Assembly: GCF_000195955.2 (NCBI RefSeq)
Contig: NC_000962.3
Location: 2,640,001-2,672,000, forward strand
DNA: 32,000 nucleotides
Source: Mycobacterium tuberculosis H37Rv
GTDB taxonomy: Bacteria > Actinomycetota > Actinomycetes > Mycobacteriales > Mycobacteriaceae
Reading direction: 5' to 3'
A model generated the notes under the pieces. The model did no database searches, had not been told where the DNA came from, and worked only from the letters and a program-made list of their open reading frames with translations. Positions within the stretch are counted from its first letter, which is position 1; each line of letters begins with the position of its first letter. The position numbers and the translations under genes were made by a program. Shown one piece after another: positions 1-8,367 of the stretch.

Positions 1-1127
1 TTATCCATCCCACCCTTGGTATTCGGGGCCTCGTCCTCGGTGTACGCGTCGATCAAAAACGCCATGAATGACCGGGTCAAGCCAGCTGCCGGCTCGATGA
101 CGTACGGCGTGTACCGAACATCGTTGATCTGGTCGTAGAAAGACAGGTCGACGCCGGAATGCCGCGCATGCGTCGATAGGTCAAAATCGGTTCGGTTGGC
201 CACACCTTCCAGTTCACCCCATGGATTGCCCATGAAGCCGAACTTGTACTCGATGTCGACGGTGCGGTCGGAGTAATGTGACAACTTGTCTTTGGGGTGC
301 TCCCACAACCGCAGGTTCTCCCGACGAATACCCAGGTCGATATACCACTGCAGCCGGTTGTCGATCCAGTACTGATGCCATTCCTTGGCAGTCGCCGGCT
401 CGACGAAGAACTCCATCTCCATCTGCTCGAACTCGCGGGTCCGGAAGATGAAGTTGCCCGGAGTGATCTCGTTGCGAAAGCTCTTGCCGATCTGTCCGAT
501 ACCGAATGGCGGCTTCTTACGAGCAGTTGTCACCACGTTGGCAAAGTTCACGAAGATGCCCTGCGCGGTTTCCGGGCGCAGATAGTGCAGCCCCTCCTCG
601 GTCTCGATGGGTCCGAGGTAGGTCTTGAGCATCATGTTGAACTCGCGTGGCTGCGTCCACTGGCCGGGTTCGCCGGTTTCCGGGTCGCGAATGTCGGCCA
701 ACCCGTTAGGCGGCGGATGCCCGTGTTTGGCTTCGTAGGCCTCGATGAGATGGTCGGCCCGGTAGCGCTTATGTGTGATCAGCGACTCGACCAGCGGGTC
801 ATGAAAGACATCGACGTGACCGGAAGCCACCCACACCTCACGCGGCAGGATGATCGACGAATCGATTCCGACAACGTCGTCGCGGCCAGTCACCACCGAT
901 CGCCACCACTGGCGCTTGATGTTCTCTTTGAGCTCAACCCCTAGCGGACCATAGTCCCACGCCGACTTTGTGCCGCCGTAGATCTCGCCCGACGGATAGA
1001 CGAAGCCTCGCCGTTTGGCTAGGTTGACCACGGTGTCGATGACGGGCGCCACGGGGTGGTGCACTCCCTTCGAGGGATCGGGCAGACGCGCGCAGCCCGA
1101 CACGACTACGCGCAAAACATCAGTCAT
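1..1127 (-). CDS. glyS: glycyl-tRNA synthetase (class II, dimeric type); 5' portion of about 375 codons, 3' end off the left edge
   Basis: My own minus-strand translation from ATG 1127..1125 stays open to position 1: [75 protein letters not shown]...[12 protein letters not shown]...[25 protein letters not shown]. It is missing from the ORF track only because its stop codon is outside the window. An in-frame alternative GTG start is at 1064 (VHHPVAPV...). Confidence 0.93.
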   Translation of the reverse strand, partial: MTDVLRVVVSGCARLPDPSKGVHHPVAPVIDTVVNLAKRRGFVYPSGEIYGGTKSAWDYGPLGVELKENIKRQWWRSVVTGRDDVVGIDSSIILPREVWVASGHVDVFHDPLVESLITHKRYRADHLIEAYEAKHGHPPPNGLADIRDPETGEPGQWTQPREFNMMLKTYLGPIETEEGLHYLRPETAQGIFVNFANVVTTARKKPPFGIGQIGKSFRNEITPGNFIFRTREFEQMEMEFFVEPATAKEWHQYWIDNRLQWYIDLGIRRENLRLWEHPKDKLSHYSDRTVDIEYKFGFMGNPWGELEGVANRTDFDLSTHARHSGVDLSFYDQINDVRYTPYVIEPAAGLTRSFMAFLIDAYTEDEAPNTKGGMD

Positions 1128-1160
1128 GGTAGCGATCGGGACCTGGGTCTCCTATTGCCT

Positions 1161-1189
1161 TTGACATGCATCATCATGCATGTGACAGT
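1161..1189 (+). promoter_or_regulatory. candidate sigma-A-type promoter of smtB-zur with an embedded palindromic operator
   Basis: TTGACA (1161-1166), 17-bp spacer, then GACAGT (1184-1189) preceded by TGt. The perfect inverted repeat ACATGCAT-catc-ATGCATGT (1164-1183) fills the spacer. It lies 57 nt upstream of the smtB ATG, in the glyS/smtB divergent region. Confidence 0.4.
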
Positions 1190-1245
1190 GGAGGTCAGTG
1201 GCAGGTCCTTCCTAATACGGCACTTCTCGAGGTGAAGACTCCAAT

Positions 1246-1653
1246 ATGGTGACGTCCCCCTCAACGCCGACCGCCGCCCACGAAGATGTGGGTGCCGACG
1301 AAGTAGGCGGTCACCAGCATCCCGCGGATAGGTTCGCCGAATGCCCCACGTTCCCCGCACCACCGCCGCGGGAGATCCTAGACGCTGCCGGCGAGCTGCT
1401 GCGTGCGCTGGCCGCACCGGTGCGGATCGCCATCGTGCTGCAATTGCGTGAATCTCAACGCTGCGTGCACGAACTGGTCGACGCACTGCACGTGCCCCAG
1501 CCGTTGGTCAGCCAACATCTGAAGATCCTCAAGGCGGCGGGCGTGGTCACCGGGGAGCGATCGGGCCGAGAAGTGCTGTACCGACTTGCTGACCACCACC
1601 TCGCGCACATTGTGCTCGACGCCGTCGCGCACGCCGGTGAGGACGCAATATGA
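1246..1653 (+). CDS. smtB: ArsR/SmtB-family metal-responsive transcriptional repressor (Rv2358-like)
   Basis: 135-aa ORF with a winged-HTH core, ESQRCVHELVDALHVPQPLVSQHLKILKAAGVV...REVLYRL, typical of ArsR/SmtB. GAGGTG lies 9-14 nt upstream of the ATG. The stop overlaps the zur start (ATGA at 1650-1653). Confidence 0.92.
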   Translation: MVTSPSTPTAAHEDVGADEVGGHQHPADRFAECPTFPAPPPREILDAAGELLRALAAPVRIAIVLQLRESQRCVHELVDALHVPQPLVSQHLKILKAAGVVTGERSGREVLYRLADHHLAHIVLDAVAHAGEDAI

Positions 1654-2042
1654 GTGCAGCCGGTGTCCGCTCTACCCGCCAGCGGGCAGCCATCTCGACA
1701 CTGTTAGAGACGCTCGACGACTTTCGTTCGGCCCAGGAACTGCACGACGAACTGCGCCGGCGCGGCGAGAACATCGGTCTGACCACCGTCTACCGCACAC
1801 TGCAGTCGATGGCATCCTCCGGACTGGTGGACACACTGCACACCGACACCGGTGAATCGGTCTACCGCAGATGCTCGGAGCACCATCACCACCATCTGGT
1901 GTGCCGCAGCTGCGGTTCCACCATCGAAGTAGGTGACCACGAGGTGGAGGCGTGGGCGGCGGAGGTGGCCACCAAACATGGATTCTCTGACGTCAGCCAC
2001 ACCATCGAGATCTTCGGCACCTGCTCAGACTGCCGGAGCTAG
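1650..2042 (+). CDS. zur: zinc uptake regulator, Fur family (Zur/FurB)
   Basis: 130-aa ORF. It has an N-terminal DNA-binding region (TRQRAAISTLL...GLTTVYRTLQ), the HHHHHLVCRSCG motif and a C-terminal CSDC, which together form the Fur-family metal sites. It is translationally coupled to smtB. Confidence 0.93.
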   Translation: MSAAGVRSTRQRAAISTLLETLDDFRSAQELHDELRRRGENIGLTTVYRTLQSMASSGLVDTLHTDTGESVYRRCSEHHHHHLVCRSCGSTIEVGDHEVEAWAAEVATKHGFSDVSHTIEIFGTCSDCRS

Positions 2043-2070
2043 GACACCACCGAGGTCGAGCGACCCCACA

Positions 2071-2133
2071 CGCCGAACGTGCAACCATGGCGGCTCCGCC
2101 CGGCGTGTCGCCGCCACCAGGGCACGTTCGGCG
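2071..2133. terminator. 63-nt palindromic element between the convergent zur and Rv2360c ends; bidirectional terminator-like, no U-tract
   Basis: CGCCGAACGTGC (2071-2082) and GCACGTTCGGCG (2122-2133) are perfect reverse complements (12 bp). An inner 7-bp stem is formed by TGGCGGC (2088-2094) and GCCGCCA (2110-2116). The arms are the same as those of the element at 6685-6746. Confidence 0.45.
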
Positions 2134-2149
2134 CACAGCGAGCACACTC

Positions 2150-2578
2150 CTAGCCAACGAGCGCGCTGCGGATCGTGGCGCCCGTCTCCAGCACCAAAAG
2201 GATCAACGTGCGCAACGCGTCGTCGGTCAAACCGGTGCCGGGAAAGTTGTATCGCAGCATCACGTCCGCGGTGTTGGACGCGGGCCGACCAGAGCTTCGC
2301 CGCGCAGCCTTCTCGCTGACCTTTTCCCGCAGGCTCACCGAGCCGAAGTTGATGTCGCGTGCCTGCTTGGCCACTTGCTCGGCGAGCCTCTTGGTCAACG
2401 GCAGATCCCACGCCAGGATCTGGGTAAGGGACACCAGCTCGAGGTCCTCAGCGATGCTCACTACCCGCAACGAGGCAAACGTACCGTCATGGCGAACCGT
2501 CAGCGCGCCGTCGGGTTCCTCCTCGGCAGGAAGGACATCGCGCAGTATCGATGCCAGCCGGTCCGGTAGGGATGGCAC
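2150..2578 (-). CDS. conserved hypothetical protein (Rv2360c-like); possibly a YbjN/T3SS-chaperone-like fold
   Basis: This is the 160-aa track ORF trimmed to the GTG at 2578 ([12 protein letters not shown]...), giving 142 aa. That GTG shares one nucleotide with the uppS TAG stop (TAGTG). The fold assignment is only an impression from the sequence pattern. Confidence 0.7.
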   Translation of the reverse strand: MPSLPDRLASILRDVLPAEEEPDGALTVRHDGTFASLRVVSIAEDLELVSLTQILAWDLPLTKRLAEQVAKQARDINFGSVSLREKVSEKAARRSSGRPASNTADVMLRYNFPGTGLTDDALRTLILLVLETGATIRSALVG

Positions 2579-3468
2579 TAGGCGCTCCCGAACCGCCGAG
2601 TGCGCGACGCGTATTCCTCGCAGGCCGCCCACAAGTCGCGGCGGTCATAGTCGGGCCAGAGCTTGTCCTGGAATATGTATTCAGCGTAGGCCGCCTGCCA
2701 CAGCATGAAGTTGCTGGAGCGCTGCTCACCCGAGGTCCGCAGGAAGAGGTCAACGTCGGGAATGTCGGGTCGCTGCAGGTGGCGGGCGATCGTGGATTCG
2801 GTGATCCGCTCCGGGTTGAGCCTGCCCGCGGCGACCTCACGAGCGATTTCGCGGGTGGCTTCGGTGATTTCGGTGCGTCCGCCGTAGTTGACGCAATAGT
2901 TGATGGTGATGACGTCGTTGCTTTTGGTCATCTCCTCCGCGACCGCCAACTCATTGATGACGCTACGCCACAGCCGTGGTCGTGAACCCACCCACCGGAT
3001 CCGGACCCCTAGCTTCTTTAGGGTGTCTCGGCGCCGTCGCACCACGTCGCGGTTGAAGCCCATCAGGAAGCGGACTTCCTCGGGCGAACGCTTCCAGTTC
3101 TCCGTGGAGAAGGCGTAGAGGCTGAGCCACTTGATCCCAAGTTCGATAGCACCGCAAGCGATGTCGATCACCACCGCCTCGCCCATCTTGTGACCTTCGG
3201 TGCGGGCCAGCCCACGTTGGGTGGCCCAGCGGCCATTGCCGTCCATGACAATGGCGACATGGTTGGGCAGCCGGTCGGCCGGTATTCGTGGCGCGGCCGC
3301 TTTCGAAGTGTGCTGCGGTGGCCGGCAGGGGCCTCCGTAGGGCGCTGCCGGCAACTCCGGGAAGACGACGGGCCACGTCGACGTATCAGGAAAGGTCGGG
3401 TAGTCGTCGGGGGCCGGAGGCAGCTGCGGGAAGTTGCTGGACGTCCGCTTCCGTGCATCCCTAGCCAC
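2578..3468 (-). CDS. uppS: cis-prenyltransferase, (Z)-decaprenyl diphosphate synthase
   Basis: 296-aa ORF with a GTG start. It carries the UPP-synthase family motifs [24 protein letters not shown] and [20 protein letters not shown], plus a Pro-rich N-terminal extension. Its start overlaps the recO stop by 8 nt (GTGGCTAG). Confidence 0.93.
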   Translation of the reverse strand: MARDARKRTSSNFPQLPPAPDDYPTFPDTSTWPVVFPELPAAPYGGPCRPPQHTSKAAAPRIPADRLPNHVAIVMDGNGRWATQRGLARTEGHKMGEAVVIDIACGAIELGIKWLSLYAFSTENWKRSPEEVRFLMGFNRDVVRRRRDTLKKLGVRIRWVGSRPRLWRSVINELAVAEEMTKSNDVITINYCVNYGGRTEITEATREIAREVAAGRLNPERITESTIARHLQRPDIPDVDLFLRTSGEQRSSNFMLWQAAYAEYIFQDKLWPDYDRRDLWAACEEYASRTRRFGSA

Positions 3469-4258
3469 CGGCTATATCCTGCCCGATCAGCGCGGCGCGA
3501 CGTTCGGCAACCGATCGATCGGCCTGGTAGAACCGCTCCACCAGCGGCAACGTTTTCAGCTGCCGTTCCAGATGCCATTGCAGGTGTGCGGCCACCAACC
3601 CGCTGACATGGCTGCGGGCCGATTGCGGCGCCGCCTCGGCGGCCTCCCAATCGCCGTCGTACAGCGCGGACATCAGGTCTACGACGCCCAGCGGCGGTGT
3701 GGTCGAGCCGGCCGGACGGCAGTGTGCGCAGACACTGCCCCCGGTCGCGATGTGAAACGCCCGATGCGGACCAGGCGTGGCGCAGCGGGCGCACTCGGTC
3801 AACGCTGGTGCCCAGCCGGCGATGCCCATGGCGCGCAGCAGATAGGCGTCCAACAACAGGTCCCGAGGCCGCTGTCCATCGGCCACCGCCCGCAGCGCGC
3901 CCACCGTGAGCCGGTGCAGAGCCGGAGCGGGCGCCCGCTCCTCACCGGCCAGGCGTTCGGCGGTTTCCAGTATCGCGCATCCGCAGGTGTAGCGGCCGTA
4001 ATCGGCGACGATGTCGGTGGCGAACGCGTCGACAGAGACAACCTGGGTGACGATGTCGAGGTTGCGGCCAGGGTGCAGTTGCACCTCGATATGCGCGAAC
4101 GGCTCCAGGCGCGCGCCGAATTTGCTGCGGGTGCGTCGAACACCTTTGGCCACCGCGCGGACCAACCCGTGATCGCGGGTCAGCAGGGTGACGATCCGGT
4201 CGGCTTCGCCGAGCTTGTGCTGGCGCAGCACAACAGCCCGGTCCCGATACAGCCGCAT
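3461..4258 (-). CDS. recO: DNA repair protein RecO
   Basis: This is the track ORF (307 aa) trimmed to ATG 4258 ([27 protein letters not shown]...), giving 265 aa. It has an OB-fold N-terminus and a zinc finger, [25 protein letters not shown]. Confidence 0.9.
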   Translation of the reverse strand: MRLYRDRAVVLRQHKLGEADRIVTLLTRDHGLVRAVAKGVRRTRSKFGARLEPFAHIEVQLHPGRNLDIVTQVVSVDAFATDIVADYGRYTCGCAILETAERLAGEERAPAPALHRLTVGALRAVADGQRPRDLLLDAYLLRAMGIAGWAPALTECARCATPGPHRAFHIATGGSVCAHCRPAGSTTPPLGVVDLMSALYDGDWEAAEAAPQSARSHVSGLVAAHLQWHLERQLKTLPLVERFYQADRSVAERRAALIGQDIAGG

Positions 4259-4319
4259 CACAATAGTTTTGCACCCCGCCACGACATCGCGGGTATCCGC
4301 GCCGATAGTCTCGTACCCC

Positions 4320-5774
4320 GTGGTTGGCGCTTCTGGGTCGGATGCTGGAGCCATTTCCGGCTCTGGCAACCAGCGCCTGCCCACCCTGACCGACCTGCTC
4401 TACCAGCTGGCCACCCGCGCAGTGACGTCCGAAGAGTTGGTGCGACGTTCCCTGCGCGCGATCGATGTGAGCCAGCCCACATTGAACGCCTTCCGGGTAG
4501 TGCTCACCGAATCCGCGCTGGCCGACGCGGCGGCCGCCGATAAGCGGCGGGCGGCCGGCGACACGGCGCCGCTGCTGGGCATTCCGATCGCGGTCAAGGA
4601 CGACGTCGACGTTGCTGGAGTGCCAACCGCCTTCGGCACCCAGGGCTATGTCGCGCCTGCTACCGACGACTGTGAGGTCGTCCGGCGCCTCAAGGCGGCC
4701 GGAGCGGTGATCGTCGGCAAGACGAATACTTGTGAATTGGGCCAGTGGCCGTTCACCAGCGGACCCGGGTTCGGACACACCCGCAACCCCTGGTCGCGCC
4801 GGCACACGCCGGGTGGATCCTCGGGCGGTAGCGCGGCGGCGGTGGCCGCCGGCCTGGTTACCGCCGCTATCGGCTCCGACGGCGCCGGCAGCATCCGCAT
4901 CCCCGCAGCATGGACACACCTAGTGGGCATCAAGCCACAACGCGGTCGGATCTCCACCTGGCCGCTGCCGGAGGCGTTCAACGGCGTCACGGTCAACGGC
5001 GTACTGGCCCGCACTGTGGAGGATGCGGCGCTGGTGCTGGACGCCGCGTCCGGCAACGTCGAGGGCGACCGCCACCAGCCACCCCCGGTGACGGTGTCCG
5101 ATTTCGTCGGCATCGCCCCTGGACCGCTGAAGATTGCCTTGTCAACCCACTTCCCGTACACCGGCTTTCGGGCCAAGTTGCATCCTGAGATCTTGGCCGC
5201 GACCCAGAGGGTGGGCGACCAGCTCGAGCTGCTCGGCCATACGGTGGTGAAAGGCAATCCGGACTACGGCCTACGGTTGTCGTGGAACTTTCTTGCCCGG
5301 TCCACCGCGGGCCTCTGGGAATGGGCGGAGCGGCTAGGCGACGAGGTGACCCTGGATCGTCGCACCGTATCCAACCTGCGCATGGGGCACGTGCTGTCGC
5401 AGGCGATTCTGCGCAGCGCGCGCCGCCACGAAGCCGCCGACCAGCGTCGGGTCGGCTCGATCTTCGACATCGTCGACGTGGTGCTGGCACCGACCACAGC
5501 ACAACCACCGCCAATGGCGCGCGCGTTTGACCGGTTGGGCAGCTTCGGCACCGATCGCGCCATCATCGCCGCGTGCCCGTCGACCTGGCCGTGGAACCTG
5601 CTGGGCTGGCCGTCGATCAATGTGCCGGCGGGGTTCACCTCCGACGGTTTGCCGATCGGTGTGCAACTGATGGGACCGGCCAACAGCGAGGGCATGCTGA
5701 TCTCGCTGGCCGCCGAGTTGGAAGCCGTCAGTGGCTGGGCGACCAAGCAGCCGCAGGTGTGGTGGACGAGCTAA
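4320..5774 (+). CDS. amiA2: amidase (amidase-signature family)
   Basis: This is the track ORF (528 aa) trimmed to GTG 4320 (VVGASGSD...), giving 484 aa. It carries the amidase signature GGSSGGSAAAVAAGLVTAAIGSDGAGSIRIPAA and the upstream catalytic-Lys context IPIAVKDD. It is divergent from recO, with a 61-nt spacer. Confidence 0.88.
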   Translation: MVGASGSDAGAISGSGNQRLPTLTDLLYQLATRAVTSEELVRRSLRAIDVSQPTLNAFRVVLTESALADAAAADKRRAAGDTAPLLGIPIAVKDDVDVAGVPTAFGTQGYVAPATDDCEVVRRLKAAGAVIVGKTNTCELGQWPFTSGPGFGHTRNPWSRRHTPGGSSGGSAAAVAAGLVTAAIGSDGAGSIRIPAAWTHLVGIKPQRGRISTWPLPEAFNGVTVNGVLARTVEDAALVLDAASGNVEGDRHQPPPVTVSDFVGIAPGPLKIALSTHFPYTGFRAKLHPEILAATQRVGDQLELLGHTVVKGNPDYGLRLSWNFLARSTAGLWEWAERLGDEVTLDRRTVSNLRMGHVLSQAILRSARRHEAADQRRVGSIFDIVDVVLAPTTAQPPPMARAFDRLGSFGTDRAIIAACPSTWPWNLLGWPSINVPAGFTSDGLPIGVQLMGPANSEGMLISLAAELEAVSGWATKQPQVWWTS

Positions 5775-6673
5775 AACCCCAGTCGGCCAAGCTGTTTGGG
5801 GTCGCGCTGCCAGTTCTTGGCGACCTTGACCCGCAAGTCGAGATAGACCTTGGTGCCCAGCAGGTTTTCGATCTGGCTACGGGCCGCGGTACCCACCTCC
5901 CGCAGCCGGGCACCACCCTTGCCGATGACGATGCCCTTCTGACTATCTCGCTCGACGTACAGCGCGGCGTGTACGTCGATCAGGTCGTCACGCCCCTCAC
6001 GTGGACTGACCTCGTCAATCACCACCGCCAGCGAATGGGGCAGCTCATCGCGCACGCCCTGAAGGGCCGCCTCGCGGATGAGCTCGGCCATCAGAACCTC
6101 CTCGGGTTCGTCAGTCAACTCACCGTCGGGGTAATACGCGGGGCCGGCCGGCAATGCCGCGGCCAGTACGTCGATCAACAGGTCTACCCGGTCGCCGGTC
6201 ATCGCCGAAACCGGGACAATCTCGGCCGCATTCGTGACGAGTTCGCTGACCGCTACCAGCTGGGCGACCACTTTTTCTTTCGGCACCTTGTCAATCTTGG
6301 TGACGATGACCACCAGTGTCGTATTGGCAGGGCCGGTCGAACGAAGCTGCTCGACAATCCACCGGTCTCCCGGACCGATCGCCTCGTCGGCGGGGATGCA
6401 TAGCCCGATGACGTCGACCGCCGCGTAGGTTTCGCGGACCAAGTCGTTGAGCCGCTTGCCCAGCAGAGTGCGCGGCCGGTGCAGACCGGGAGTGTCGACG
6501 AGGATGATCTGGAAGTCGTCGCTATGCACGATCCCACGAATGGCGTGCCTGGTGGTCTGCGGGCGCGTCGACGTGATTGCCACTTTCGCCCCGACCAGCG
6601 CATTGGTCAGCGTGGACTTGCCGGTGTTCGGCCGGCCGACCAAACACACAAAGCCAGAATGGAATTCGGTCAT
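5771..6673 (-). CDS. era: GTPase Era
   Basis: This is the track ORF (368 aa) trimmed to ATG 6673 (MTEFHSGFVCLVGRPNTGKSTLTNAL...), giving 300 aa. G1 is GRPNTGKS, G3 is DTPG and G4 is TKID, followed by a C-terminal KH domain. GAGGAA lies 7-12 nt upstream of the ATG. Its stop overlaps the amiA2 stop on the opposite strand. Confidence 0.93.
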   Translation of the reverse strand: MTEFHSGFVCLVGRPNTGKSTLTNALVGAKVAITSTRPQTTRHAIRGIVHSDDFQIILVDTPGLHRPRTLLGKRLNDLVRETYAAVDVIGLCIPADEAIGPGDRWIVEQLRSTGPANTTLVVIVTKIDKVPKEKVVAQLVAVSELVTNAAEIVPVSAMTGDRVDLLIDVLAAALPAGPAYYPDGELTDEPEEVLMAELIREAALQGVRDELPHSLAVVIDEVSPREGRDDLIDVHAALYVERDSQKGIVIGKGGARLREVGTAARSQIENLLGTKVYLDLRVKVAKNWQRDPKQLGRLGF

Positions 6674-6684
6674 GCCGGTTTCCT

Positions 6685-6746
6685 CGCCGAACGTGAACAC
6701 AGGGAGACTTTTCCCGCTTTTTTCCGCCGTGAATGCACGTTCGGCG
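6685..6746. repeat. 62-nt palindromic element in the Rv2365c-era intercistronic spacer; second copy of the 2071-2133 element
   Basis: CGCCGAACGTG (6685-6695) and CACGTTCGGCG (6736-6746) form a perfect 11-bp inverted repeat around a 40-nt loop that contains an inner GGGA/TCCC hairpin. Read on the minus strand, its first 23 nt match 2071-2093 at 20 of 23 positions. The element abuts the Rv2365c stop codon and ends 11 nt before the era ATG. Confidence 0.55.
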
Positions 6747-7088
6747 TCATAGCGGGTTACCTGCCCGATCGGTGACGATGATCGCAGCGGTCGGGGCGAG
6801 TTCGCGGACGGCGGCAATGCCCGGATCGTCAACGGACCCGGCCACCAAGACGGCGGCCTGAAGACCGGTCGCCCCACTGGACACGGCCGCGGCCACCGCC
6901 GCCTGCAGACCGGTCAGCTCGAGCGCCGACAGGGCCACCGGCGCCGCCGCGTACGTGCGGCCGTCGACATCGCGGACCGCCGCGCCGGCACCGGCCTCGG
7001 CACGTGCCATCGCCGCCCGTGCCAACACAACCAGCTTTGCGTCCTCGGCATCTAGCTGCTCAGCCAGGGTGATCGGCCTCCTCATCAT
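6747..7088 (-). CDS. conserved hypothetical protein (Rv2365c-like), cytidine-deaminase-like fold without catalytic residues
   Basis: 113-aa ORF. It aligns by eye to Bacillus Cdd: [17 protein letters not shown] vs GAALLTKDGKVYRGCNIEN; [27 protein letters not shown] vs [26 protein letters not shown]; [20 protein letters not shown] vs [24 protein letters not shown]. The CAE and PCxxC motifs are absent. Its start overlaps the upstream gene end by 29 nt. Confidence 0.8.
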
Positions 7089-8367
7089 CGGCGCCGTCGG
7101 GTTCGGCCGGACTCAGCAACACGGTGCCGATTCGTACCCGTCCCCGATGATCGGTGCCACCCTCGGCATGCAGCCGCAGGCCATGCGATATCACCTCAGC
7201 GCCGGGCAGCGGCACCCGGCCCAGTTCTAGGGCCAGCAGCCCGCCCACCGTGTCGACGTCAAGGTCGTCGTCGAACTCCACGCCGTACAGCTCGCCGACG
7301 TCTTCGATGGGCAGGCGCGCCGATACCCGGAAACGCTTGTCGCCCAAGTCTTCCACCGGCGCCGTCTCGGCCTGGTCGTACTCGTCGGCAATCTCGCCGA
7401 CGATCTCCTCCAGCACGTCTTCGATGCTGACGAGGCCGGCTATCGCGCCGTACTCGTCGACCAGCAGGGCCATGTGGTTACGGTCGCGCTGCATTTCCCG
7501 CAGCAATGCGTCCAGCGGCTTGGAGTCCGGCACGAACACAGCTGGCCGCATCACCCGCGCGACGGTCGTTTCGCGGCCGCCGTTCGTCGAGCAGAACGTC
7601 TGCTCGACAAGGTCTTTCAGGTACACCACGCCGACGATGTCGTCGACGTTCTCGCCGATCACCGGGATTCGGGAATGTCCGCTGCGTACCGCCAGGGTCA
7701 TTGCTTGACCGGCTGTCTTGTCGCTTTCGATCCAGATCATCTCGGTGCGCGGCACCATCACCTCGCGGGCTGGGGTGTCACCCAGCTCGAAGACCGACTC
7801 GATCATCCGGCGCTCGTCGGCAGCAACCACGCCCCGCTGCTGGGCTAGGTCGACAACTTCGCGCAGCTCGATCTCGGATGCAAACGGCCCGTTGCGAAAG
7901 CCGCGCCCGGGGGTCAGTGCGTTGCCCAGCAACACCAGCAAGCGGCTGATCGGCATCAACAACCACGAGATCAGCCGCAGCGGAAGGGCCGTGGCCAACG
8001 AGATGGAATATGCGTTCTGGCGCCCAAGGGTGCGTGGCCCCACTCCCACGACGACAAAGCTGGCCAAAACCATGATGCCCGCGGCAAGATACAACCCCCA
8101 CACCATGCTGAAGTGGTATCGGATGAAAACCACCAGCAGCGCGGTCGCGGTGATCTCACAGCTGGTCCGCAGCAACACGACCAGGTTGACGTACCGCGGC
8201 CGGTCGGCCATCACCTTACGCAGCGACCCCGCGCCCGGCCGCTGGTCGCGTACTAGCTCATCCACCCGGGCCGGAGACACGGTGCTGATGGCGGCGTCAA
8301 TCGCGGCGAACAACCCACCCAAACCGATCAATACGATCGAGCCGAGCAGCTGGTAGTACCCGGTCAA
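7060..8367 (-). CDS. DUF21-CBS-CorC_HlyC membrane protein (CorC/CNNM-type putative divalent-cation transporter, annotated hemolysin-like)
   Basis: 435-aa ORF with a hydrophobic N-terminal third, a tandem CBS region ([12 protein letters not shown]...[22 protein letters not shown]) and a C-terminal CorC_HlyC-like domain. The TTG start forms a TTGA overlap with the ybeY stop. Confidence 0.88.

Noticed and set aside
297-1486. ORFs 297-944 (+), 385-585 (+) and 1124-1486 (-) in the glyS and smtB region.
   Set aside because: The first two are antisense or off-frame to the clearly recognisable glyS reading frame. The third is antisense to smtB and crosses the promoter region. None has a motif.
3434-4919. 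Overlapping ORFs 3434-4543 (+, 369 aa) and 3942-4919 (-, 325 aa) across recO and amiA2.
   Set aside because: They are alternative frames of well-supported genes (recO with its zinc finger, amiA2 with its amidase signature). Their composition is low-complexity Arg/Gly/Pro.
5771-6877. N-terminally extended versions of era (368 aa), recO (307 aa), amiA2 (528 aa), cfp2 (192 aa), mbtG (460 aa), Rv2360c (160 aa) and mbtE (1787 aa), as given by the longest-ORF track.
   Set aside because: The extensions run through upstream genes or intergenic elements and have non-protein-like composition. The internal starts give canonical N-termini (P-loop spacing in Era, the signal peptide of CFP-2, the FAD fingerprint of MbtG) and ATGA/GTGA-type coupling overlaps.
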